Below, in pieces: positions 41,138 to 52,716 of a stretch of DNA of 64,000 nt; the first letter of the stretch is position 1, and each line of letters starts with the position of its first letter. Source of the DNA: an uncultured Planctomycetales bacterium. GTDB taxonomy: Bacteria > Omnitrophota > Gorgyraeia > Zapsychrales > JAHFFX01. The position numbers were made by a program, and so were the translations under genes. The stretch is from the NCBI GenBank assembly GCA_964464475.1, contig CAYXGG010000002.1:9322-73321 (forward strand), written 5' to 3'. Below the pieces are notes generated by a model. The model saw only the letters and a program-made list of their open reading frames with translations, was not told where the DNA came from and ran no database searches.

Positions 41138-42189
41138 CGCTGACGCTCCTTGCCCCGATAGCGTCCGGTATATTGATAATTCATGACCAACGTCGTTAAG
41201 TACGCAACCACCCTCATCATCGCTAATGGCTCTCCCTCACCGGTAACCAACGACAATTGCCGGCACCGCCCAGAAATTTTATCTAATAAACCCGCCACAA
41301 TATATTGCTTCTCCCCCGTGCAGCGGGAAACATCACGTTGAATCATTTCGCGATATTTCTCGATAATCTTAGCGGCCGCCTGCCAACTAGCGATCTCTTT
41401 GGCAACGACTGCCTGCTCATCCTTTAAACTTTTAAACATCGTCAGCAGCTGCCAGTCATGAAAATCCGGCAATTCTTCCGCCCATAAATCTTTCTTGCGC
41501 TTATAAAAACTTCGTAACGTCATTTTGAGTGTCGCCAATCGCCAATATTTTTTTTGGCTTTTATTCACAACGGGACGATCGGCAATTTGCCGCATTAGTT
41601 TGTCTACAAATTCCAGTTTCTGCAACGCTTTCCATCCAGCGTAATTTTTGCGCCAATCCATTCCCGGTGTCAACCAGACTGCAAAAGTCTCCACAAAATC
41701 TTCGTCGGGATGGTATTGCGCATACCCATTGGCCAGATGGCGGACATAACTCTTACTGTAGGGACGGAATCGATAGGTATCAGGATAATGCTGATTAGAA
41801 TCGCCAAACATTTTTTTCCAACCAGGTTTGTGCTGTAACCGATAGGCATAACACAAAGCATGTCCGGCCTCATGTCTTAACAATTTCAGACACTCGTCCG
41901 TTGAATCGCCTTCCGCCTCCAGCAACATTTTCTTTTCCAACGCGATCAAGCGCGGATGTGCCAAATAAAAAGGAATGCCGATGCAGGTTTCATACTGGGG
42001 AGTGAGCCATTCGTCGGCCAAATAACACGTAGGGCGAAACACAATAGACCGTGCGGCCAGTTCATCATGAACCTGGCGCACGCACGCTTCGAGCCAAGTT
42101 CCGGGAATTGCAATCGGCAAATCGCAAAGCCGAATATCAAGCAACTGTTCTTCTGAAATAGCTTGCCAATCAATAACGCTTGAGGACAT
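41134..42189 (-). CDS. Putative zinc-dependent metallopeptidase (HExxH) partnered with the ATP-grasp ligase
   Basis: It has LRHEAGHAL and is 351 aa. It is translationally coupled to the ATP-grasp gene. This resembles the Peptidase_Mx-type partners of ATP-grasp enzymes, which is inference only. Confidence 0.5.
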   Translation of the reverse strand: MSSSVIDWQAISEEQLLDIRLCDLPIAIPGTWLEACVRQVHDELAARSIVFRPTCYLADEWLTPQYETCIGIPFYLAHPRLIALEKKMLLEAEGDSTDECLKLLRHEAGHALCYAYRLQHKPGWKKMFGDSNQHYPDTYRFRPYSKSYVRHLANGYAQYHPDEDFVETFAVWLTPGMDWRKNYAGWKALQKLEFVDKLMRQIADRPVVNKSQKKYWRLATLKMTLRSFYKRKKDLWAEELPDFHDWQLLTMFKSLKDEQAVVAKEIASWQAAAKIIEKYREMIQRDVSRCTGEKQYIVAGLLDKISGRCRQLSLVTGEGEPLAMMRVVAYLTTLVMNYQYTGRYRGKERQR

Positions 42190-42195
42190 GCTCCC

Positions 42196-42870
42196 TTAGA
42201 GCGATTCTCGCTCGATTTGTTGGACAACCTCTTCGGCCTGACGAACCAAATGAGCCGGAATAAGCTTTAAAACTTCCATATCATGCTTAAACGATCTAAA
42301 AGCGTTCACAAATCGTCGGACCGATGCTTCCGCGCGCTTATCTCGTTCAACTTCAGGATCGACTTCTTTTCGCTGCTTCATCAGCTGCGTCAAATCTTTA
42401 CGGACCAGCGTCGCATCTTTGCCTTTTTGAAAAACGGCCTCTTTTAAATTCTGGTAATCGCTACGCGTAATGTCTTTCTTTTCTTTGGCGTTACGTAATA
42501 CGTTGACGGTCTCGTATTCTGCGATTTTGGCAGCGGGTTCTTCAGCTCCATAATTATCACTTAAATAGCGTGGCTCCTCTTTCTCCAAAAAGAAATAGGA
42601 TCTCAGCAATTTCACGGCAGTCGCTTTGCGAATACCGACTTCCTTCGTAATGTACGTCTCAAATTTTTCATATCCCCACACTTTAAATAATTTATCTTTC
42701 CAAACAGTATAAAGAACCCGCCCGAGATTCACCCAGGACAGCTTGAAATCCTTAGAACTCTCCTGCGCCATCTGACGGATCGCAGTATCATTCTGAGTTG
42801 ATAAATCTTTCTTTTCGACTTCATCTATTACCGACTTTAATGACGGACGCTGCAGGCTCGACATACCCAT
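42196..42870 (-). CDS. Hypothetical protein, possible HTH/DNA-binding
   Basis: The 224-aa product is helical and basic. It lies 6 nt upstream of the peptidase gene. Confidence 0.4.
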   Translation of the reverse strand: MGMSSLQRPSLKSVIDEVEKKDLSTQNDTAIRQMAQESSKDFKLSWVNLGRVLYTVWKDKLFKVWGYEKFETYITKEVGIRKATAVKLLRSYFFLEKEEPRYLSDNYGAEEPAAKIAEYETVNVLRNAKEKKDITRSDYQNLKEAVFQKGKDATLVRKDLTQLMKQRKEVDPEVERDKRAEASVRRFVNAFRSFKHDMEVLKLIPAHLVRQAEEVVQQIERESL

Positions 42871-42906
42871 AACCTTTCTCTTTCTGAAATACCACTAAGA
42901 CAGAAC

Positions 42907-45366
42907 CTAAACTTTCCAAATCTCGCGGGCGTACTCTTGAATAGCACGATCGCTGGAAAACCGTCCAGAATGCGCAACATTGAGAATTGACTTCTGGGCC
43001 CATTGCGCTTCATCGTCATAGGCCTCATCCACCAATTCCTGCGTTGCGCAATAACTTTCGAAATCCGCACAGACCAAAAAAGGATCGTAATTATACACCG
43101 AATGCACCAGCGGATTAAAAATACCTGGCTCATACGGAGCAAAATGATTCGCATTAATCAAATTAAAAATTTCACTCAAGACCGGTGATTTCTGAATATA
43201 GACCTTGGGATCATATCCACGCTGGCGCAGCCGTTCAATTTCATCGGTCCTCAATCCAAAAATAAAAATGTTATCTTGACCGACGGCTTGGGCGATCTCA
43301 ATATTCGCCCCGTCCCACGTGCCGATCGTCAAAGCGCCATTGACCATAAACTTCATATTTCCGGTACCAGAGGCCTCGGTTCCGGCCGTCGAAATTTGCT
43401 CGGACAAATCCGCCGCCGGAAATATTTTCTCCGCCAAGGAAACCCGATAATTCTCCAGGAAAACAACTTTTAATTTTCCTTTAAGGGACTTATCGTTATT
43501 GATGACCTCGCCCACGCTATTAATAAACTTAATGATCAATTTTGCCGTGTAATACCCCGGAGCCGCCTTACCTCCAACGAAAAAGGTACGCGGCGGAAAA
43601 ACCGCCCGGGGATTATTCTTTACTTTAAGGTATTGAGCGATCATAAAAAAAGCGAATAACAACTGCCGTTTATATTCATGAATGCGTTTTACCTGAACAT
43701 CAAACATAGACGAAGGATCGATCTTCTGATCGGATACCATCTCCAAATACTTGGCCAAAAATTCCTTATTGCTCCTTTTAGCTTTAATCCATTGTTTGAC
43801 AAATGCGGCGTTATTCTTAAACGCGGCCAGCCCTTTGAGTTGATTTAAATCTACCGGCCAACGGTCGCCTATTGTTTCGGTAATCAACTTGGACAACTGC
43901 CGATTGGCTTTTAGTAACCACCGACGTGGGGCGATCCCATTTGTCTTAGAATTGAACTTCTGCGGAGACAACTCAAAAAAATCCTTAAACAACCTTGTTT
44001 GCAATAGTTCCGAGTGTAACGTTGAAACACCGTTGACCGAATGGCTGCCGATAATGCATAAATACGCCATCCTAATCTTTTTAGGATCACTTTCATCGAT
44101 GATCGACATCCGACGCAAACGCCCGGCATCTCCGGGAAAACGATTAGCCACCTCCTGTAGAAAGCGCAAATTAATTTCATAAATAATCTGCAAATGCCTC
44201 GGCAGCACGCGATCCAACAGCGGGACCGGCCAGCACTCAAGCGCTTCCGGCATGATCGTATGGTTAGTATAAGCGAACGTCTCGGTCACGATCTTCCAGG
44301 CTTCTTCCCAGGTCAAAATATAATCATCCAGCAACACACGCATCAATTCCACGATAGCGAGTGACGGATGGGTATCATTAAGCTGAATCGCGGCCTTTTT
44401 AGGTAAGTCACGGATATCCTCATTCTCCGTTTTGAATCGGCGGATAATATCGGCAATAGATGCGGCGGTAAAAAAATATTCCTGTTTGAGGCGAAGCTCT
44501 TTTCCCTGACTCACGTCATCATTAGGATAAAGCACTTTGGAAATATTCTCCGAGAACATTTTCTGGTAAACGGCCTGTTCATAATCCCCGTCATTAAAAT
44601 AATCAAAATCAAATTCGGACGTGCTTCGCGCTGCCCAAAGCCTTAAGGTGTTCACCACGTCATTCTGGTATCCGGGGATAGGAATATCATACGCGACGGC
44701 CAGAACGTCCTGGCTTTCAATCCATTTAAAACATAATCGCCCTTCTTCATCTTGATACATGTGGGGTCGACCATAAAACTGAACCCGAACCGTATATTCT
44801 GGTCGAACAATTTCCCAAGGGTTCCCTTTAACGAGCCATTCATCAGGATGTTCAATCTGATACCCATTTTCAATTTGCTGACGAAAAATCCCGTAATCAT
44901 ATCGAATACCATAGCCGTGCGCCGGAATTCCCAGCGTCGCCATTGAATCCAGATAACAGGCGGCCAGCCGACCCAGCCCGCCATTCCCTAATCCCGCGTC
45001 CACTTCTGCTTCTCGTAAATCATCCAAATCAATCCCCAGCGAACCCATAGCATTTTTAACTTCTTCATGAAGCCCTAAGTTAAAAACATTGGTCCCCAGC
45101 AATCGCCCGATGAGAAACTCCATGGATAAATAATAAACCCGCTTGAGATTCTCTTTATGATAACGCTGTTGAGTTTTAATCCACCGCTCCACGAGGCGTT
45201 CCCGCACCGCCAGCGACAACGCGAGATAATCGTCAAATTTAGTGGCTGTATAATCGGTTTTGGCCATGGTAAAGAATCGATGCATCTTAAAAGAATTCAT
45301 GATGCCATCTTTAGACATAGCCTTAGGCAGAATGTCCCACTGCGTTTCGTCTTTTTTTCTCGTCAT
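42907..45366 (-). CDS. glgP: Glycogen/alpha-glucan phosphorylase
   Basis: It has the EASGTGNMKFMVNGALTIGTWDGANIE PLP-lysine region and is 819 aa. Confidence 0.9.
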   Translation of the reverse strand: MTRKKDETQWDILPKAMSKDGIMNSFKMHRFFTMAKTDYTATKFDDYLALSLAVRERLVERWIKTQQRYHKENLKRVYYLSMEFLIGRLLGTNVFNLGLHEEVKNAMGSLGIDLDDLREAEVDAGLGNGGLGRLAACYLDSMATLGIPAHGYGIRYDYGIFRQQIENGYQIEHPDEWLVKGNPWEIVRPEYTVRVQFYGRPHMYQDEEGRLCFKWIESQDVLAVAYDIPIPGYQNDVVNTLRLWAARSTSEFDFDYFNDGDYEQAVYQKMFSENISKVLYPNDDVSQGKELRLKQEYFFTAASIADIIRRFKTENEDIRDLPKKAAIQLNDTHPSLAIVELMRVLLDDYILTWEEAWKIVTETFAYTNHTIMPEALECWPVPLLDRVLPRHLQIIYEINLRFLQEVANRFPGDAGRLRRMSIIDESDPKKIRMAYLCIIGSHSVNGVSTLHSELLQTRLFKDFFELSPQKFNSKTNGIAPRRWLLKANRQLSKLITETIGDRWPVDLNQLKGLAAFKNNAAFVKQWIKAKRSNKEFLAKYLEMVSDQKIDPSSMFDVQVKRIHEYKRQLLFAFFMIAQYLKVKNNPRAVFPPRTFFVGGKAAPGYYTAKLIIKFINSVGEVINNDKSLKGKLKVVFLENYRVSLAEKIFPAADLSEQISTAGTEASGTGNMKFMVNGALTIGTWDGANIEIAQAVGQDNIFIFGLRTDEIERLRQRGYDPKVYIQKSPVLSEIFNLINANHFAPYEPGIFNPLVHSVYNYDPFLVCADFESYCATQELVDEAYDDEAQWAQKSILNVAHSGRFSSDRAIQEYAREIWKV

Positions 45367-45369
45367 AAT

Positions 45370-46310
45370 TTATATCCGTTTAATAGTCACATTACGCACA
45401 ACTCGGTCAAAAACTTTATAATTCAATTTTCCCGGGACCCATTCATAACCATTCGCCGAGGCAGCGGCCATAGCCAGTGTCAGCGTTTGCGCCAAGGACA
45501 AATGGCGCGACCATCCAGCCAGCAATCCCGCCACTAAGCCGTCCCCGCAACCCACCTCGTGCAAACGCTTCGGAATCGATGGACGCGTGACTTGATACAC
45601 TTCCCCGGCAAATCCAGCCACAAAACCGGCTTTCCCCAAAGAAATAACCGGAATCGTCACTCCCTGCCGCCAAAATGATTCAATCGCTTTCTTTAACCGC
45701 GATGAGGTACTTAAAGAATACCCCAACCAGCGCTCCGCCTCTTCTCGATTAGGCTTAACACAAAACGGTTTTTCTTTTATCGCGGCTGTCAACGCCGAAC
45801 CGCTTAAATCTAAAATAATTTTAGCGGACTGTTTTGCTTTTTTGATCAGTTGGCGCAATAAGGTTTCAGAAAACCCCTCAGGTAAACTGCCACAAAAAGC
45901 CACCCAAGACCTCCCCCGAGTAATCCTGACCAATTCTTTAAGCACCCGTTGTGACTCTCGCGATGAAAGTCGCGGGCCATGCCCTAATACGCGAGTCACT
46001 TGGCCGAGAGAAACATCAACCAAACTTTCATTAATCCGGGTCGCCCCGGAAACCTCAACGCATCGAGCTCCTATTTCCTCCCGACGCAATTCTTCCCTCA
46101 ACCATTCTCCAGACTTTCCGCCGGCAATCCCTACCGCTAGAGCAGACACCTTCAACTGCTTAAGCGTTCTTACGACATTAATGCCTTTTCCCCCGGCGCT
46201 GACCCATTCCGCTTGCGAACGGACATCCTGTCCTTGGCGCCATCTAGGCAGCACGCTAAATTTGTCCAGAGCAGGATTCAACGTAATCGTCACGATGGCA
46301 GGAGTCATGA
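45370..46310 (-). CDS. PfkB-family sugar kinase (1-phosphofructokinase-like)
   Basis: The start was chosen at MTPAIVTITLNPALDK (46310). The C-terminus has GCGDGLVAG (a DTxGAGD variant). Confidence 0.7.
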
Positions 46311-46321
46311 ATAGGAAATCT

Positions 46322-46505
46322 ATTGACCTTTCTACTACTAATGATGGATTTGCGGTAGTCAACCCGCCTGCCCGTCTCGCTGATGGCGAGCCGAGGCGGA
46401 CCGGCGAGGCAGGCACCGCCTTTTCTCGAAGAGAAGAAAGGTCTAATACCTGCCCGTCCGGCAGGCGGGCTTCCTTACAATCGCTGGAAGAGAAAAGGCC
46501 AGTAA
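46322..46505 (+). repeat. Copy C of the structured repeat family, 184 nt, with two GC-rich hairpin insertions
   Basis: It keeps the same conserved blocks: ATTGACCTTTCTACTAC, GTCAA, TTTTCTCGAAGAGAAGAAAGGTCTAATAC, GCTTCCTT and AAAAGGCCAGTAA. There is an extra 58-nt GC-rich insert and a 19-nt insert (CTGCCCGTCCGGCAGGCGG). It fills the whole intergenic space. Confidence 0.7.
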
Positions 46506-46515
46506 AAATAAAAAT

Positions 46516-47328
46516 TTAATCTAACAGCGGATTTGGATGCAAGAAATTATAACTAAAGCGCCGCTTAAACTTTTCGTTAGAAACAACCTTATAACTTAAT
46601 GGTTCTTCGTTAGAAAACTGTGGTGGTTCTTCTCCGCGTTTTTGGGACCAGGCAACGTAGACATCTTTACGTTTCGGATGTTCATCGGCACAAGCATTAA
46701 AGACTTCTCCACGGCAATCCACCTGAATAATTTCACTAATAATCTTCACGCAGTCATCAAGGTGAATTAAATTCATAGGCGCATCAGCATGCTCTTTAAC
46801 AACCGGCCCGCGTGTACTGCCTGGCCAACGACCTTCTCCATACATTCCCGCAAAACGAACAACGGTAGACTCAAACTGCAACTCCATCATCAAGCGGTCC
46901 TCGATATCAACCAAAGCCTTAGACCGCGCATTATGACCGACAACCTCATCTTTTTCCGTAACCGTACCGTTGGTCTCAGGGTAAATGGATGTCGAACTGG
47001 CAAAAACCAAAAGACTTACCGGTGACACCGCCAAATTCAGCAAAACCGCCTCAATCTGATCTCGATACATTTGTGGGTCGGCCAGATTTTTCTTGAAGGG
47101 AATATTCAAAAAAAGCACGTCGGCATCAAGAAAACCTTCGATATCATCGGCGTTGATTTGAGGCTCACAATTCACCAAATAAGGCTCAATCCCAGCAGCT
47201 CGCAAAGTCATCAGCTTTTCAGGTGTCGTCGTTGATCCTTTAACCTTATAGCCTTGCTTCAACAAATTTTTGGCCAAGGGAAAGCCAAGCCACCCGCACC
47301 CTAATACGCTAACCGTTTTTCGTGCCAT
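46516..47328 (-). CDS. NAD(P)-binding Rossmann-fold epimerase/dehydratase-like protein
   Basis: It has the VSVLGCGWLGFPLAKNLL dinucleotide-binding motif and is 270 aa. Confidence 0.6.
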   Translation of the reverse strand: MARKTVSVLGCGWLGFPLAKNLLKQGYKVKGSTTTPEKLMTLRAAGIEPYLVNCEPQINADDIEGFLDADVLFLNIPFKKNLADPQMYRDQIEAVLLNLAVSPVSLLVFASSTSIYPETNGTVTEKDEVVGHNARSKALVDIEDRLMMELQFESTVVRFAGMYGEGRWPGSTRGPVVKEHADAPMNLIHLDDCVKIISEIIQVDCRGEVFNACADEHPKRKDVYVAWSQKRGEEPPQFSNEEPLSYKVVSNEKFKRRFSYNFLHPNPLLD

Positions 47329-47343
47329 GCTTAATCTTTATTA

Positions 47344-47850
47344 TTAATTTAAATAGGCTTCCAGCTCGACCCAAGTTTTCTGGCCTACGATGCCATCTGC
47401 CTTCAATCGATGCCCTCGCTGAAACTCCGCGATTGCCTGTTTAGTCTTACGACCGATTTTTCCATCAATCGGGCCGGAATAATAACCCGCGCCAGCCAAT
47501 GCCGTTTGAACCTGCTCGGCGCTAACATTGACCCGGATAATTCCCTCTCGTGAAGAATTCGTCGTGTAATTGGTTGTCGTCGTTGAATGAATAGCCGAGC
47601 GGAGCTGATCAGTTTGTCGGTCTTTTAATTCTGAGGAAAGACTATCCACTTCGTCTCGCAATTTCTCGATCTCAGAATCTTTACCGTCTAACTCTTGCTC
47701 CAAAGCGACCATTCGGGACTGAACACTGTTGATATCCGCACTTTTCCGCGCTGTCGCACATCCTGAAACCGTGACCATTAACAATATCGTTAGTAGAACT
47801 CTCACCACCGTCACCCTCCTGATTGATGTGTTATTGTTATGACCTTTCAA
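47344..47850 (-). CDS. Lipoprotein with C-terminal peptidoglycan-binding (PG_binding_1) domain
   Basis: It has the lipobox VSGCA, a coiled-coil middle, and GYYSGPIDGKIGRKTKQAIAEFQ at the C-terminus. Confidence 0.6.
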   Translation of the reverse strand: MKGHNNNTSIRRVTVVRVLLTILLMVTVSGCATARKSADINSVQSRMVALEQELDGKDSEIEKLRDEVDSLSSELKDRQTDQLRSAIHSTTTTNYTTNSSREGIIRVNVSAEQVQTALAGAGYYSGPIDGKIGRKTKQAIAEFQRGHRLKADGIVGQKTWVELEAYLN

Positions 47851-48059
47851 CGATAAAGATGATTAATGTAGCTAGGCTTGTTTTCCTTAACGTCTTCCGA
47901 AAGGGAGAGACTCATTATTGCTACGGCCAACCAAGGCTTCGCAGGACAGCCCATCCATAAACAAAAAATCCCTAAAAAACGAAATCATTTTAGCAACAAA
48001 CTTTCTGGCTGCCTACGATGTTTCCATTTTTTTCAAAATAAAGATTACGCCAGATAGGG

Positions 48060-49700
<1,641 letters not shown>

Positions 49701-49741
49701 TTAACGACTGTTAATGGCTATTGGTTCAATAAAAAGAATTT

Positions 49742-50359
49742 TTATTTAGCGTATTTAACCGAACAACCGTAGGATTTCGTAGACGGTTCCGAAACCGGAT
49801 TACCAGCCATAGCTTCATCCAAAGCTGCTTTAACATAATTCTTAGCTACCGCGACATCAGCGACGTCAAAAGAAGATTTATCGTCAATCGCACCCTGATA
49901 AATCAGATTTCCTTCCGGATTAATCACGTACATATGGGGCGTGGTCTTAGCCGCGTACAGCTTGCCGACTATGCCATCCGGATCCAATAAAATGGCTGTG
50001 GGAACACCGCCCTTTGATTCCATCATCTGAGCGTGTTCGGCGGCAGGATAATTGCCTTCTTTACCTTCAGCGGATGAATTAATGGAAAGCCAAACGACAT
50101 CTTTTTGGGTATACGATTTTTGTAAAGCCTGCATATTACCGCTTTGATAATGCTTCACCACAAACGGACAATCATGATTAAACCATTCCAAAACAACAAA
50201 TTTGCCCTTGAATTCGGACAGCGAGCGTTCCGCCCCCGTCACATCTTTCAATTTAAAATCCGGAGCTGCCTGACCGACCGTGACATCACTCTGGGCTTTT
50301 AAATGAGTAAAGAAAACCATCCCCGCAACTAAACTCAAAATCAATACTGTTTTACGCAT
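49742..50359 (-). CDS. Secreted thioredoxin-fold (redoxin-family) protein
   Basis: It has a signal peptide, and FVVLEWFNHDCPFV in a thioredoxin-like fold. It is adjacent to dsbD. Confidence 0.55.
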   Translation of the reverse strand: MRKTVLILSLVAGMVFFTHLKAQSDVTVGQAAPDFKLKDVTGAERSLSEFKGKFVVLEWFNHDCPFVVKHYQSGNMQALQKSYTQKDVVWLSINSSAEGKEGNYPAAEHAQMMESKGGVPTAILLDPDGIVGKLYAAKTTPHMYVINPEGNLIYQGAIDDKSSFDVADVAVAKNYVKAALDEAMAGNPVSEPSTKSYGCSVKYAK

Positions 50360-50445
50360 GTCCTTCTCCTTAAAATTATGATGTTATTATTTCCGACAAG
50401 ATTGACCACAGTAAGAAATCTCAAACGATGCGTTAGTATATCCCT

Positions 50446-50482
50446 AAAAAAAAGGCGTGCAAGCTCTTTCTTCACCGCCTGG
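50446..50482 (-). terminator. Rho-independent terminator downstream of dsbD
   Basis: On the minus strand GGCGGTG ... CACGCC forms a hairpin followed by T8 (A-run 50446-50453). Confidence 0.55.
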
Positions 50483-50497
50483 ATTTAGCATTCGAAC

Positions 50498-52620
50498 TTA
50501 ATCTTTAAGCGCTTCCAACACCAAATCCGGCGTCAACAGTTCCGGCAACAGCTGAGGGGTTGACACGCCAGGAGCATAATACGCGTAAACGGGAATACTA
50601 TTTTTCCCTAAACTGGCCAACGCCTGCGTGATCTCAGCATCATAATTGGTCCAATCCGCCTTAAAAGCGACGATTCCCTTCTCCTTAATCCGTGCTACAA
50701 CCCTCGGATCACTTAAAGAAACCCGGTCATTTACCTGACAAGTCAGGCACCAGGCGGCTGTAAAATCCACCAGAACCGGAATATTTTTCCCGCGAGCCTC
50801 ATTCACGGCATCAACGGAAAAAGGTTTCCAATAAATCCCCTGCGTCGGGTGATTCAGGCCAGATACTTTTGTTTGGGTAAAAACCAATAATAATGAGGCA
50901 CTAAAAATCCCTAATGCAGCCATTAACACCGCGAGCGAACGCGTCACTTTTCGCGTCGCTTCCGGAAAATCAGCGCGCTGTGTTAAACCCCACAGGCGAA
51001 TACTGATTAATATAATCAATAATCCTACGCTCCAAAACGTAACCGCGTTCCAGCCGCGAGCAACCCAAAGGACCCACCCCAGCCACCCAACCGTCGCCCA
51101 AAGGGGTATTGCCATAATTTTTTTGAGAACAACCATCCACTTCCCCGGACGCGGAAGCCACTTAAGCCATCCCGGATTGCGCGCTAACAACCAATAAGGC
51201 AAGGCCATCCCGATTCCCAGCGAGGTAAACACTAAAAAAATAATCATTGGCGACTGCGTTACCGCAAACCCTATGGCCGCGCCCATAAATGGTGCCGTGC
51301 AAGGCGTTGCTGCCAGTGTGGCAAGCAGGCCATTGATCAAAGCCTCGCGCGCGCCCGAGCGAACGCTCTGTTTGGTCCCCGCCGCCATGGCCAACGAATT
51401 CCCTAATTCCACCCAGCCCCAAAGACTAAAGGCCAATAACATAAATACCGCCGACAACAAAAAAATAAAAACCGGAGATTGAAATTGAAAACCCCAACCA
51501 ATTTGCTTTCCAGCCGCCTGGAGGCACACCAAAACGGCCGCCAGCATCCAAAAAGAAATTACGATTCCCAAAGCAAACCAGCCGCCTTTTACATTGGGGG
51601 CAGTTGGCTCATTCGATTTTTCCTCAACTAAACTCAAGACCTTCAACCCCAAGACAGGAAAAACACAGGGCATTAAATTAAGAATCAATCCACCTATCAA
51701 CGCATAAACCAAAAGCCACCCGATCCCCGCCACCCCTTGAAATAGAGAGAAACCAGGCAAAATTTCTTTTGCCATGACCTTAACATCCACCGCCGCCAGA
51801 GAAGCTCCGCCTGGTTTTTCCAAAAAAGTCAGCACACCCGTTAACTCTGCCACCGGTTTGGTATTCAACGTCGACCTGGCGATGGCCACCACATAACCCT
51901 TGCCTTGTTTCTGAAAACGTTGAACTTCAGCATGATTAATAAGGTCCGAACGCTCAGGATAAAAATAGGACGGAACCAACTTCTCGGCAACCGAATTCAA
52001 CGGCCGCAAATTCAATTTAAGTTCCCGGCTATCAACTTTCAAATTTATGTCAAACAGCTCATTGAGGACAGGAATTCTGCGCCGCTCACTCGCGAAAACA
52101 TCCGGTCGCTGAGTCAACGTTGCAGGAACAACGGGTAGATTCAAAAAAACATCAACTTCTCCGGGAACACATTCTATCTGGCAAGCTAAGAAAATTACCT
52201 TCGCTCCCAATCGTTGATCCTGCCCCACGGTTAAATTGGTTGGAACCTGAGCCTCAGCCAAAAAAGTAACCTCTCCCTCATATCCATAACTCATCAAAGG
52301 ATCTAACGGTAATAATTTGGGAGTGGGCCACTGAATGGGACCGGCACTCATAGCTGACGGAAGAATCCAATTAACCCGCACCGGAATTCCGGAATCACCG
52401 GGATTTTTCCAGTATACGTGCCAACCTGGATCCATCGTCATCTTGATCGCCAACGTAATTTTCTTCCCAGGAGAAAGGACAGGCGCCGATGCCAGCAATT
52501 CAACTTTAGTATTTGCGCTCGTAGCCGATGATTCAGCAAACGCCGCGCAGTTGACAACGCTACCTAGCAGCCAAATCAACCCGCTTAACGTTATTGCCGT
52601 TTTCCTGAATAAAAGCATAT
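50498..52620 (-). CDS. dsbD: Protein-disulfide reductase DsbD
   Basis: It has an N-terminal periplasmic domain, a central multi-TM domain with conserved Cys, and a C-terminal thioredoxin motif AAWCLTCQ. The start was chosen at MLLFRKTAITL (signal peptide). The ORF continues open up to 52720. Confidence 0.8.
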
Positions 52621-52716
52621 TAAGGTAGCCGATACTGAGCTTTGCTTTTCTTAGGACTACCCCTCTCCTTTGCGGATTTAGTGATGCAAAGCTCAATAGC
52701 CCGAATTTGAATTTGC

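Noticed and set aside
45842-46519. Plus-strand ORF of 225 aa. Similar plus-strand ORFs occur at 48217-48969, 7020-7286, 2276-2683 and 11207-11533.
   Set aside because: All lie antisense to strongly supported minus-strand genes such as the PfkB kinase, the ABC-F ATPase and ileS. They have low-complexity, Arg/Ser/Pro-rich translations typical of antisense frames and no recognisable motifs.
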